The notes: generated by a model not told the origin, from the letters alone. A stretch of 64,000 bases of DNA from Acidimicrobiia bacterium (GCA_031381685.1 JANMYF010000037.1:11247-75246), one strand, 5' to 3'. Positions 54,287-63,754 are shown, counted from the first letter of the stretch. Translations and numbers: made by a program.

Positions 54287-54976
54287 ATGGCAACGAACGA
54301 CCACGGGACCATCGTCGTCGTCGAAGACGACGCTCACATCGCCGATCTGCTCGACATGTCGCTCCGCCAGGCGGGGTACCGGGTCATCCAGGCCACCACC
54401 GGTGAGGCCGGGCTTGCCGCAGTCGACCGGGAACGTCCGCGTGCGGTGATCCTCGACGTCGGCCTCCCCGGCGATCTCGACGGACTCGACGTCTGCATGC
54501 GACTCCGGGCCAAGAGCACCGTGCCCGTCCTGTTCCTCACCGCCCGCGACAGCGAGGTCGACCGCATCCTCGGTCTCGAACTCGGTGCCGACGACTACAT
54601 CACCAAGCCGTTCTCGCCCCGTGAGCTCGTCGCCCGCGTCAAGGCGATCCTGCGGCGCCTCGACGCCACCCCGTCCAAGGAGGAACGCCCGGAGAGCATC
54701 ACCATCGGGGACATCGAGGTCGACATCGCCCGCCGCGAGGTCCGGGTCGGGACGTCGTCGGTATCGCTCGCCACCCGCGAGTTCGATCTCCTCGCCTTCT
54801 TCGCCTCCAATCAGGGCCTCGTGCTCTCCCGCCAGCAACTCCTCGACGGCGTGTGGGGTGCGGGCTGGTTCGGCGACGAGCGCACCGTCGACGTGCACGT
54901 GCGCCAGCTCCGCAAGAAGCTCGGCGACGGATTCGAGCTGAAGACCGTCTTCGGTGTCGGCTACCGGCTGAACTGA
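54287..54976 (+). CDS. OmpR/PhoB-family response regulator
   Basis: The receiver domain reads IVVVEDDAHIADLL...AVILDVGLPGDLDG...LFLTARDSEVDRILGLELGADDYITKPFSPRELVARV. The winged-helix domain reads LATREFDLLAFFASNQGLVLSRQQLL...VDVHVRQLRKKL. The start is ATG 54287 or 54278. Confidence 0.9.
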   Translation: MATNDHGTIVVVEDDAHIADLLDMSLRQAGYRVIQATTGEAGLAAVDRERPRAVILDVGLPGDLDGLDVCMRLRAKSTVPVLFLTARDSEVDRILGLELGADDYITKPFSPRELVARVKAILRRLDATPSKEERPESITIGDIEVDIARREVRVGTSSVSLATREFDLLAFFASNQGLVLSRQQLLDGVWGAGWFGDERTVDVHVRQLRKKLGDGFELKTVFGVGYRLN

Positions 54977-55011
54977 CGCGGCTACGGCCGCCAGCACGAA
55001 CCTTCACGTAG

Positions 55012-56457
55012 ATGAGACGCCGACTCATCTTCGTCATCGTCGGCACCGTCGCCATCGCGCTCGGTGTCGCCGCTGCGGCGTCGTTCCTCGGGATCACCCG
55101 TTCGGATCGGACGACCACGGTTCGCAACCTCACACTGTCGGCGGAGCGGCTCGTCCGCAGCGGCCAGGCGACCAGCTTCGACGGCCTCCAATCGGTCAAG
55201 GAGGCCCTCGGGTTGGAGACGGCATCCGTGTGGCGCTTCGTCGACCCGAAGACCGATCCCGACCGCAAGGAGAACACCACACGCTTCGGTCTTGTTGCCG
55301 CGCCCCCGGTGCTTCTTCCGGACGGAACCCCGTTGCAGGCGGGTGGCGCGCCTCTCAAGATCACCGAGGACATCACGCCGACGGACCTTCTCGCCATCGC
55401 CGAGGGACGGGCGATCAACGGCATCCTCGGCCGCCAGGCGTACTCCGCCGTGCGTATCCGACGCGACTCGAAAGGAGTGGTCGACACGCTCCTGCTGAGT
55501 CGTCCCCTGCCCGACACGCCGCGCCAGGCGCTCGTCGCCATCGGCTCGGCGTCGGCGTTGGCGCTGGCGCTCGCCGCGTTAGCCGCGTTAGCCGTCGCCC
55601 GTCGCATCAGCCGTCCGCTGACCGAGGCCACGCTCGCCCAGAAGAGGATCGCTTCCGGGGATCTGTCCGTTCGCGTGACCGAGGCGGGCTCCCCGACGGA
55701 AAAAGCGGCGCGGCGTCAGGACGAGATCGGCGGGCTCCTGCGCGACCTCGATCGCATGGCCGAGGCACTCGGCCGGGCCCGTAACCAGGAGCGCCAGTTT
55801 CTCCTGTCGGTGTCGCACGACCTGCGAACGCCGCTCACCTCCATTCAGGGCTTCGCCGAGGCAATGGCCGACGGCTCGGCGCCCGACCCACAGCGAGCCG
55901 CCCAGGTGATCGCGTCGGAGTCCCGACGGCTCGAACGTCTCGTGCGTGACCTGCTGGAACTGGCCAAGCTGGAGTCGAAGAACTTCACGCTGAACCCGAA
56001 GCCAATCGATCTGACCGACCTGGTCGCCGACACCGCCGACGGCTTCCTGCCGAGGGCCGCCCAGGACGACCTCGACCTGACCCTTGACGCCCAAGAAGGT
56101 GTCCGTGCATTCGCCGACCCGGACCGCCTCCAGCAAGTGCTCGCGAACCTGCTCGAGAACGCGTGCAAGTTCGCCCGACAGAGCGTGCATGTCTCCCTCG
56201 TCTCCAAGGGCCCTGGTGCGTCCGAGATCCGAATCAGCGACGACGGACCGGGCATCGCGCCTGAAGACCTCCCCCACGTATTCGATCGTATGTACACATC
56301 TGATCGACGTCCGACCCGTCAGATCGGATCGGGGCTGGGACTGGCGATCGTGCGCGAGCTTGTCGAGGCCATGGGCGCAACGGCCGAAGCCGAGACCTCG
56401 CCGGAGGGCACCACCTTCGTCGTCCGCGTGCCGAAGACCGATCCGACCGGTCGTTGA
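55012..56457 (+). CDS. Sensor histidine kinase (two TM segments, HAMP, HisKA, HATPase_c)
   Basis: The H-box is FLLSVSHDLRTPLTSIQGFAE. The N/G boxes are LANLLENACKFA, ISDDGPGIAPEDLPHVFDRMY and GSGLGLAIVRELVEAMG. Confidence 0.9.
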   Translation: MRRRLIFVIVGTVAIALGVAAAASFLGITRSDRTTTVRNLTLSAERLVRSGQATSFDGLQSVKEALGLETASVWRFVDPKTDPDRKENTTRFGLVAAPPVLLPDGTPLQAGGAPLKITEDITPTDLLAIAEGRAINGILGRQAYSAVRIRRDSKGVVDTLLLSRPLPDTPRQALVAIGSASALALALAALAALAVARRISRPLTEATLAQKRIASGDLSVRVTEAGSPTEKAARRQDEIGGLLRDLDRMAEALGRARNQERQFLLSVSHDLRTPLTSIQGFAEAMADGSAPDPQRAAQVIASESRRLERLVRDLLELAKLESKNFTLNPKPIDLTDLVADTADGFLPRAAQDDLDLTLDAQEGVRAFADPDRLQQVLANLLENACKFARQSVHVSLVSKGPGASEIRISDDGPGIAPEDLPHVFDRMYTSDRRPTRQIGSGLGLAIVRELVEAMGATAEAETSPEGTTFVVRVPKTDPTGR

Positions 56458-56508
56458 GCGTCGGTTCGTCGCGTAACGGGCGCGTAAGCCCGCGCTCGCA
56501 GCGATCGA

Positions 56509-57573
56509 TCAATCGCGGGCGAAGGCACCAGTGGCCGCAAGCACGCGATCGCAGAGTTCGGACGGACCCTCGACCTCGACCGCCAGAGCGCCGGGAGCGA
56601 GGCGTCGCGACGCGACGCGGCAGAAGTCGACAATGTCAGCGGTGATGGTCACGTCCGGAAACCCGACCTCGGACTGAAGCGCCATGGGTCGGCGATACGT
56701 TGCGCCACCCGTCCCGGTGAGGACGATCTCCATCGTCTTCCCGGGAACGGCTGTGCCCGTCACCGTGAGCGCGGCGGGAAGCGCGTCCATCAGCTCCGAC
56801 GACATCAGCTGGAGGCGGGCTCGATCGATGATCGGCAGCGGTCGTCTCGTCGCACGGCACACATCTTCGTGATGCGTCCACACCTCGAACATCCGCAGGA
56901 CGAACATCCCGCGAACGGTCGTCGGCACATCGTTGACGAGAATGGGCCGGTCCGGCGATCCGATCGACGCCACCACCCGCAAACGGCGTGCTCCTCCCAC
57001 CCAACGTTCGAGGAGCGCTTCGGTAGTCATTTCCCGACACGCCTGCACGTGGTCCGCCGTCGCCTGCACGTGGTCGGCCCAGCGGGACGGGTCCGGGGGC
57101 GACCCCTCGCCGAGGACCCCGAGGAGGTTCTCCTCCACGCCGACGAGATGCGCGATCAGATCACGGACTCGCCCGTATTGCCCCAGGGCGGGCGCAGTCC
57201 ACTCATCGGGTCGGAGATCGGCGAGAAGGCGGTGGAGCGCATCGACCGTCGCAAGAAACGCCTCGGATGGACTGATGGGTTCCGACCCAACCAGCGGTGT
57301 GCCCGGTGCTCGCCGTGACCTGGCTTCCGAGAGCACCCGCTCGCGAAGGTCGGCGGGCGGCTCCTCCTCCGTGAGCTCTGCCAGTGCGATCGCGACCCGA
57401 CGAGCATCATCCACGTCGATCGGGGCAACGGACATCGCTGCAGCGCGGCGATCGTCACCCTCGATAGCGTCAAGTGCAAGAGCGGCAACCAAATCCATTT
57501 CGTCGGGCGCAACGATCTCCTCGGCCAGGACTTCGGGTCCCTTCACTCGTTTCGGAGAGTTCGCGCTGCTCAT
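56509..57573 (-). CDS. Putative cytoplasmic anti-sigma partner with a DinB/mycothiol-maleylpyruvate-isomerase-N-like domain
   Basis: ATG 57573 overlaps the ECF sigma stop (ATGA). The middle region WTAPALGQYGRVRDLIAHLVGVE...WADHV resembles the MDMPI_N/DinB fold. It has no TM segment and no HxxxCxxC motif. Confidence 0.5.
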   Translation of the reverse strand: MSSANSPKRVKGPEVLAEEIVAPDEMDLVAALALDAIEGDDRRAAAMSVAPIDVDDARRVAIALAELTEEEPPADLRERVLSEARSRRAPGTPLVGSEPISPSEAFLATVDALHRLLADLRPDEWTAPALGQYGRVRDLIAHLVGVEENLLGVLGEGSPPDPSRWADHVQATADHVQACREMTTEALLERWVGGARRLRVVASIGSPDRPILVNDVPTTVRGMFVLRMFEVWTHHEDVCRATRRPLPIIDRARLQLMSSELMDALPAALTVTGTAVPGKTMEIVLTGTGGATYRRPMALQSEVGFPDVTITADIVDFCRVASRRLAPGALAVEVEGPSELCDRVLAATGAFARD

Positions 57574-58208
57574 GTCCACGCCCATCGATCGTCCTTGTCG
57601 AGTTGTTCGCGAAGTCGGGCCAACGCCAGACGAAGACGCGATTTGGCCGTTCCTTCGGGTATCCCGAGTTCATCCGCGACCTGTCGGTAGGTGCGACCCT
57701 CGAAATACGCCAAGCGAAGCGCGTCACGCTGCTCGACGGGGAGCGCATTGACCAGGCCGAGGAGCCGCTCCTTGCGCCAACGAAGCGCCGAATGGTGCAG
57801 CGCCTCGGTCTCACCGGATGGAGACGACTGTTCGGAAGTGGCCCGGAACCGATCCTCCGCCATCCGACGGCGTTCGGATCGACGGACGGCGTCGACTGCT
57901 CGTCGATGGGCGATCATACCGAGATAGGCCTTCAATGAACCGCGCGACAGATCGACCCGGTCCGGGAACTCCCAGAGATACGTGAACACTTCGCTGGTCA
58001 CCTCCCGAGCGGTCAGGTCGTCGCCGCTCACCGACTTCGCAAGTCCGTACACGAGCGGCGAGTACTGGTCGTAGATCACGCCGAGCGCGCCGTCGTCGCC
58101 AGCGACCAAACGGTTGAGCAGCGAGGCGCTCGTTCCGAATTCCGCAACAGCGTCGGACCCCGGCGAAGGTTCCACCGGGCGAAGCCTAGGGAGTTCGAGT
58201 GTGGTCAC
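57570..58208 (-). CDS. ECF-type RNA polymerase sigma-70 family factor
   Basis: Region 2 reads YDQYSPLVYGLAKSVSGD...EVTSEVFTYLW...YLGMIAHRRAVDAVR. Region 4 reads LRLAYFEGRTYRQVADELGIPEGTAKSRLRLALARLR. Confidence 0.85.
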   Translation of the reverse strand: MTTLELPRLRPVEPSPGSDAVAEFGTSASLLNRLVAGDDGALGVIYDQYSPLVYGLAKSVSGDDLTAREVTSEVFTYLWEFPDRVDLSRGSLKAYLGMIAHRRAVDAVRRSERRRMAEDRFRATSEQSSPSGETEALHHSALRWRKERLLGLVNALPVEQRDALRLAYFEGRTYRQVADELGIPEGTAKSRLRLALARLREQLDKDDRWAWT

Positions 58209-58273
58209 GCCAGCCTCCGAGTCGCAGCCTTCGTTTCCATGTCAGCGGGGCAGATGTCGTGACCGCGCTTCGG

Positions 58274-58662
58274 TCAGACGAGTGCTTCGTCGAGGTCGGT
58301 GTATTCGTCGAAGCGACTTATCCGCCCATCGACGACCGAGAAGACATGCACCGCGCCGTAGCTGGCGGGCTCGCCGTTGCAGACGCCCGAGCCGCGCACA
58401 ACGCCGGCGACGAGGCCCTCGGCAACCTCCCCGATTCCGCGCATGTCGGGCTCAGAGAATCCCGCGCCTCCGACACCTTCCCGAAGAACGACATGACGCC
58501 AGTCCTCCCCGAGAATTCTCCCCCCACCGGGAGGGTGCGCGGACTGGTCCAAACGACGTCGTCGGAAACAAGCCCGATGATCGCGGCGATGTCACCCCGA
58601 GCGAACGCGTCGTAAGCCGTCCGAACTGTCGTGACGGCGGGGCTCAGGACGGTGGTGCTCAT
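58274..58662 (-). pseudogene. SnoaL/NTF2-like protein gene with a frame disruption near 58461-58463
   Basis: The N-terminal half (MSTTVLSPAVTTVRTAYDAFARGDIAAIIGLVSDDVVW...GVMSFFGKV) is in the frame of ORF 58318..58662. The C-terminal half (GFSEPDMRGIGEVAEG...AVHVFSVVDGRISRFDEYTDLDEAL) is in the frame of ORF 58274..58552. Adding one G to the GGG run would restore ...EARGFSEPDM... Confidence 0.65.
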
Positions 58663-58818
58663 GATGGTTCCTTCCGTTCCGACGGGCCGGCTTACCCGAA
58701 GCTGTAAGACATTCGACGATCGGCGCGGCCCGGATCACCGACAGGCCGAAGAAGTTTCGGAACCGGCGTGCGCGTCAGCCCGCGGTCGATCGGCGAACAT
58801 TTCGAGCGGGCTCCGTCG

Positions 58819-59742
58819 TCAGACCGGAGACCCCACGGGGACTCCGGTGGTCGTCGTCTCCTCCCCGTTGGCCGGGGGAACGATGATCGGCGGAAGGGTC
58901 GACTCCGGCGGAGCGATCGTCGTCGTGGTGGTGGTCGGAACCGGTGCGCACGACGGGAGTTCGAGAGTCGCGTCCTCTCCGGATGCGAGTTGGGCGCGAA
59001 TCGTGGCCGCCCCGACCGCGTTGCAACGCATCGGGAATGACGCTCGGCCGGTGTCGTCGGTCAGCCGTTCGTTGGCACCTTCCGGCTGGAGCGCGCCGAG
59101 CGGCACGAGACGAACGGCCATGCCGGTGATCTGTTCGAACCCTATAACGCCTTCGTCGTCGACCAGCCGACGGCTCACCTGCACGACGAGGTTGACCGGT
59201 TGGCCTTCGATCGGGCTCGCCGGCGCCGCCGCCCAACGGACATCGGTGGTGGCGAATCGCTCGACTTTCAGGGTGAGCTTGGTCGTCTCCGACGCGAACA
59301 CCACGATGTTGCGGGCCATGGCGACGTCTGGGACCTTCCATGCCCGCACTCTCATCCGCCCTCCGGGGACGTTTGCCAATTTGAAGCGCCCGGAGTTGTT
59401 TGTGATCACGGACCGCTCGGCCGACTGCTCCCCCACGACACGTTCGAACCGGACGGTCGCCCCGGGCACCGGCCCGTCGGGGCCCTCTACCGTGCCCTCC
59501 AACGTGACCGTGCCCTCGCCGAAGGCAACGGTGGTGGTCGTGACCGGTGGGGCGGAGTCGAGCGGAGGAAGCAGGGTCTCGTTCGAACGGTCGGGCCCGA
59601 TGGTGGTGCTCGTCGATGGTCGCAGGGCCAGGGTGGTCGGGACCTCCGGGTAGCGGATCTCCACCTTGCGCGTGCATCCAGCGCCTGCCGACATCACCAG
59701 CGCGCCTATCACTGCACCAGTGCCCCACCCACGCAGGGTCAC
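58819..59742 (-). CDS. Putative lipoprotein with a carboxypeptidase-regulatory-like beta-sandwich domain
   Basis: The signal/lipobox is GAVIGALVMSAGAGC. GTVEGPDGPVPGATVRFERV...TNNSGRFKLANVPGGRMRVRA is typical of CarboxypepD_reg-like domains. It has a T-rich C-terminus. Confidence 0.55.
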   Translation of the reverse strand: MTLRGWGTGAVIGALVMSAGAGCTRKVEIRYPEVPTTLALRPSTSTTIGPDRSNETLLPPLDSAPPVTTTTVAFGEGTVTLEGTVEGPDGPVPGATVRFERVVGEQSAERSVITNNSGRFKLANVPGGRMRVRAWKVPDVAMARNIVVFASETTKLTLKVERFATTDVRWAAAPASPIEGQPVNLVVQVSRRLVDDEGVIGFEQITGMAVRLVPLGALQPEGANERLTDDTGRASFPMRCNAVGAATIRAQLASGEDATLELPSCAPVPTTTTTTIAPPESTLPPIIVPPANGEETTTTGVPVGSPV

Positions 59743-60536
59743 GACAGGACGACGACCCGGGCTACGTGTCCAGTCGCAGTGGCAAGGGACGACGACTCGT
59801 CGACACTGCGGCTCACGTAGGCAAGCGCGACCGTGGCCCCCGTGCGCGGATCGGTGCTCATCGACGTGAGATCACCGGCCGGCGAACCATCGAGCAGCAG
59901 CACGGTGTCGTCGCCGACTTCGTCGGGCGCGGCAGCAAGGACGAGCCCGACGAGCCGTCGGGGAACGTTCCCGCCACGCGAATCGATCCGCTCGACGAGC
60001 TCCTGGCCCGTGTAGCAGCCTTTCGTGAAACTGGCCGCCCGGTCGACCAGACCGGTGGCGTTGGGGATCGTCGAATCGTTGAGCTCCGCACCCCAGCGGG
60101 GGAATCCGCGAACAACGGCGCACACCTCCGAAACCGCTTCATCGAAGGTGCCCTCGCCCTCGACGAGCGCCGGAAGTCTTTCGGACCACGACGCCGCGAA
60201 CGTGATGTCCGGACGAAGCGTGAGCTCGCATTTCGTCCGGATCTTGAACCGGGCGAGCGCCTCGATCACCGGTGGTCCGTGTCCGGCGTCGGTGTCGAGT
60301 TCGATGGTGTTCTCCGCCGTACGCACGAGGCGGAGCAGGGCAACGAGCTTGCCGGTCGGTTGGAGGAGGAACGACCACCTCGTCTCGCCGACGGCCGTGG
60401 AGACCACATCCTGCGACAGCTGCGAGTGCAGGAACTTCACGGTGTCGACGCCCTCGGCCACGATCACGTCGCGGATGAACGTCGCCGTCGCCGTTCCATC
60501 AAGCACCGATGCCAGTTGCTCCGGGGAAACACTCAC
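59739..60536 (-). CDS. ygfZ: YgfZ/GcvT-family folate-binding protein
   Basis: The signature is FTKGCYTGQELVERIDSRGGNVPRRLVGL. GTG start at 60536. It overlaps the downstream lipoprotein start by 4 bp. Confidence 0.8.
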   Translation of the reverse strand: MSVSPEQLASVLDGTATATFIRDVIVAEGVDTVKFLHSQLSQDVVSTAVGETRWSFLLQPTGKLVALLRLVRTAENTIELDTDAGHGPPVIEALARFKIRTKCELTLRPDITFAASWSERLPALVEGEGTFDEAVSEVCAVVRGFPRWGAELNDSTIPNATGLVDRAASFTKGCYTGQELVERIDSRGGNVPRRLVGLVLAAAPDEVGDDTVLLLDGSPAGDLTSMSTDPRTGATVALAYVSRSVDESSSLATATGHVARVVVLS

Positions 60537-60645
60537 GACCGCTCCTTCACTCTGCTCATTGGCGCTGCGCCTCTACGCTGCGCTCCGACTGCTCGCAACA
60601 CCATCCACTCCACAACACTCACGACCGCTCCTTCACTCTGCTCAT
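60528..60645. repeat. Perfect 32-bp direct repeat (two copies, 86 bp apart) spanning the trpE stop and the ygfZ start
   Basis: AACACTCACGACCGCTCCTTCACTCTGCTCAT occurs at 60528-60559 and 60614-60645. Confidence 0.9.
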
Positions 60646-62148
60646 CCGTCGCGCCGCGGGCACCGCGGCGAGGAGCGCGGCGGACTTGAAGACGCACTCG
60701 TCGTGCTCGGCCTGCGGGTCGGAGTCGGCGACGATGCCTGCTCCCGCCTGCACCGACGCGCGCCCATCGGGAGTCACGAACATCGTGCGAATGGCGATGG
60801 CGGTGTCGAGGTTGCCGGCGAAGTCGAAGTAGCCGACCACGCCCGCATAGGGTCCGCGTCGCGAGGGTTCGAGCTCGTCGATGATCTCCATCGCCCGCAC
60901 CTTCGGCGCGCCGCTGACGGTGCCGGCCGGAAACGTGGCCCGCAGCACGTCGATCGGACCGAGTCCCTCTCGCAGGCGGCCGGTGACCTGCGACGTGAGG
61001 TGCATGACGTGGGAGTAGTACTCGAGCGTCATCAGCTCTTCCACCGTGCAGGTGCCGAAGTCGACGACACGCCCGACATCGTTGCGGGCGAGGTCGACGA
61101 GCATCACGTGCTCGGCCACCTCCTTCGGATGCTCCTTCAGTTCGCCGGCCAGACGCCGATCGTCTTCCTCGGTCTTGCCCCGACGACGGGTGCCGGCGAT
61201 CGGTCGGGAGATCACCTTGCCGTCGAGCAACTGCACCATCGGCTCGGGCGATGATCCGATGACCGTGACCTCTTCGTTGCGAAGTAAGTACATATACGGA
61301 CTCGGGTTGACGAGACGCAACACGCGGTACACGTCGTAGGGATCGGCATCGAGGTCGAGATCGAATCGTTGTGCCAGCACGACCTGGAAGATGTCGCCCG
61401 CGACGATGTACTCCTTGGCCACTTCGACGGCGCGCTTGTACTGGTCAGGCGAGACGCTCGGCCTGGTGTCGGGCCGGGGATCGTTCGAGTCGGGCGGGGG
61501 CACAAGGGTGTAGGACAGCGGCTTGCCGAGATCCGCCGCCATCACGTCGATCCGAGCACGGGCCGCTTCGTAGGCCCTCGCATCAGCATCGGGATTGCCG
61601 GTCGTGAGCACGTTGTCGATCAGATACACCCGGCTTCGCCAGTGGTCGAAGGCGGCGACCGATCCGACGACCGAGAACACGGCATCGGGGAGTCCCGTGT
61701 GATCCTGCGGAGGGTTCGGGAGACGCTCGATCTCCCGGATGGTGTCGTAACCGAAGTACCCGACGATACCGCCCGTCAGCGGCGGGATGTCGGGGTGTTG
61801 CGGCCCGCGGTAGTGGGCGAGAAGACCCTCGAGACAAGCGAGAACGCCCCTGTCGGTCGGCACCGCAATCGGCAGGGCGCCGTTCGTCACCGAGAGCGTG
61901 GCCACGCCGTTCGCGTCGCGGCGGGAGACCACCGTGGCCGCGGCATTCCGGCCGACGAAGGAGAACCGACCCCACCGTCCACCGTGCTCCACCGACTCGA
62001 GCAGAAACCCCGGGCGATCACCGACGAGTTTCGCGAACGCGGCAACGGGGGTTTCGAGGTCGCCCATCATCTCGCGCCACACCGGGACGACCGTGTGAGT
62101 TGCCGCGAGCGCGAGGAATTCCGGCAGCGGAGGATTCAGCTTGTCCAC
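60619..62148 (-). CDS. trpE: Anthranilate synthase component I
   Basis: 509 aa. LESVEHGGRWGRFSF, GDIFQVVLAQRF, SPEPMV, the GTRRRG region, HVMLVDLARND, GAPKVRAMEIIDELE, GYFDFAGNLDTAIAIRT. GTG start at 62148. Confidence 0.92.
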   Translation of the reverse strand: MDKLNPPLPEFLALAATHTVVPVWREMMGDLETPVAAFAKLVGDRPGFLLESVEHGGRWGRFSFVGRNAAATVVSRRDANGVATLSVTNGALPIAVPTDRGVLACLEGLLAHYRGPQHPDIPPLTGGIVGYFGYDTIREIERLPNPPQDHTGLPDAVFSVVGSVAAFDHWRSRVYLIDNVLTTGNPDADARAYEAARARIDVMAADLGKPLSYTLVPPPDSNDPRPDTRPSVSPDQYKRAVEVAKEYIVAGDIFQVVLAQRFDLDLDADPYDVYRVLRLVNPSPYMYLLRNEEVTVIGSSPEPMVQLLDGKVISRPIAGTRRRGKTEEDDRRLAGELKEHPKEVAEHVMLVDLARNDVGRVVDFGTCTVEELMTLEYYSHVMHLTSQVTGRLREGLGPIDVLRATFPAGTVSGAPKVRAMEIIDELEPSRRGPYAGVVGYFDFAGNLDTAIAIRTMFVTPDGRASVQAGAGIVADSDPQAEHDECVFKSAALLAAVPAARRMSRVKERS

Positions 62149-62156
62149 GGGTGTCG

Positions 62157-62555
62157 TCAGCCCGCCCAGGAGTCGGCCTGGCAGGATGCCGCAGCCGCGT
62201 CGCCGAATCCCCGGTAGAAGCAGGTGCGTTGACCGGTATGGCAGGCACCCCGGCCTTCCTGGTCAACGACGAAGAGGAGGGTGTCACCATCGCAGTCGTA
62301 AAACGCACGTCGGACGAACTGCCGGTCGCCAGAGGTGTCACCTTTGCGCCACACCTCGGAGCGTGACCTCGACCAGAACACCGTCCGGCCCTCGTCCATC
62401 GTATGGCGAAGCGTTTCCGCATTCATCCACGCCATCATGAGCACCTGGCCGTTGGCGGCATCCTGCACAATGGCGGCCACCAGCCCATGCTCGTTGTATC
62501 GCACCGCGCCAAGTTGCTCGTCGGTCGCACGAAGGGGAACAGCGGTGAAGGTCAT
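62157..62555 (-). CDS. hisI: Phosphoribosyl-AMP cyclohydrolase
   Basis: [25 protein letters not shown]...[22 protein letters not shown]...[31 protein letters not shown] 62555 follows ggaggc. Confidence 0.88.
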   Translation of the reverse strand: MTFTAVPLRATDEQLGAVRYNEHGLVAAIVQDAANGQVLMMAWMNAETLRHTMDEGRTVFWSRSRSEVWRKGDTSGDRQFVRRAFYDCDGDTLLFVVDQEGRGACHTGQRTCFYRGFGDAAAASCQADSWAG

Positions 62556-62686
62556 TGCCTCCAACCCTACCGGCGGGGTATGGCGTGACCCGTGCGTTTC
62601 CCGGGTGCCCTTTCGAGGCGCCCAAGGCCGCAATGTTGATCGAAATCAACCTTGTGGACCGTGCGGCATTCGCCGAACATGGGTGC

Positions 62687-63754
62687 ATGACCACCCCGGA
62701 ACTGCGTCGGAAGCTCGCCGAGGAGTTCACCTTTCAGGCCGGTGGCTGCGAGGCGATCGGCTCCGCTCTCTACGGCGAGGTCTGCCGTTACGGTGCCGAT
62801 GATGTCGCGACCGGTGGCCCGGTGTGGGAGGCGATGACCCACCACGCCCACCTGCGGTTCGGGCTGGCCTCACCGTTGAGGTTCCTCGCCGCCCTCCATC
62901 GCTCGGCGCTGCGCGGCGATTCCCCGACATTGGCCCGCCACTATCCGTCGTGTGGCGGCACGCCGGGAACGACCTTGCGGGAGGACTTCCTGGCGGCAAC
63001 CGCTCAGCACACTGAACGCATCGGCGCGGAGCTCGACTGGGGCGTGCAGACGAACGAAGTGGTCCGCTCCTCGGCGCTGTACCCGGGTCTCGCCCACATC
63101 TCCAAGCTCGCCGAGCTCCCGGTCTCGCTGCGCGAGATCGGTTCCAGCGCCGGGCTGAACCTTCGTCTCGACCGCTTCCGCTTCGCCCAGGACGGCTGGA
63201 CGATCGGCGATTCGTCCAGCGCCGTCGAGATCGTCGACCGTTGGGGCGATCGCACCCCGCCCGCGTCGGAGGCGACCATCGTCGACCGCGCCGGATGCGA
63301 CCCCGAGCCCATCGATCCGACGACCGACGACGGCGCCCTGCACCTACTCGGCTTCCTGTGGCCCGATCAGCTCGACCGTCGCACACGGACGCTCGCGGGC
63401 ATCGAGATCGCCAACCGGTTCCCGGCACGCCTCGAGCGAGCCAAGGCCGAGGGCTGGCTCGCCCGAGAGCTCGGGCAACGGGCCGAGGGGGCCGTCACGG
63501 TGATCATGCATTCCATCGTGTGGCAGTACATCGACAAAGACGAACGGGCCCGCATCACCGACCTCATCGAAACCGCGGGAGAAACGGCGACACCCGACGC
63601 ACCCCTGGCATGGATGTCCTTCGAGCCACATGAACCCGATCCTGCCCATGCCGCCCTCAGGCTCCGCTACTGGGACGGCCGATCGGCCGAAGGAGCGCCC
63701 ACCCTTCTGGCCGAGTGCGGCTACCACGGCCAGTGGGTCCGCTGGCTCGCCTGA
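62687..63754 (+). CDS. DUF2332-family protein
   Basis: 355 aa from ATG 62687. LRFGLASPLRFLAALHRSALRG..LARHYPS and IMHSIVWQYI resemble what I recall of DUF2332. Function is unknown. Confidence 0.5.
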   Translation: MTTPELRRKLAEEFTFQAGGCEAIGSALYGEVCRYGADDVATGGPVWEAMTHHAHLRFGLASPLRFLAALHRSALRGDSPTLARHYPSCGGTPGTTLREDFLAATAQHTERIGAELDWGVQTNEVVRSSALYPGLAHISKLAELPVSLREIGSSAGLNLRLDRFRFAQDGWTIGDSSSAVEIVDRWGDRTPPASEATIVDRAGCDPEPIDPTTDDGALHLLGFLWPDQLDRRTRTLAGIEIANRFPARLERAKAEGWLARELGQRAEGAVTVIMHSIVWQYIDKDERARITDLIETAGETATPDAPLAWMSFEPHEPDPAHAALRLRYWDGRSAEGAPTLLAECGYHGQWVRWLA

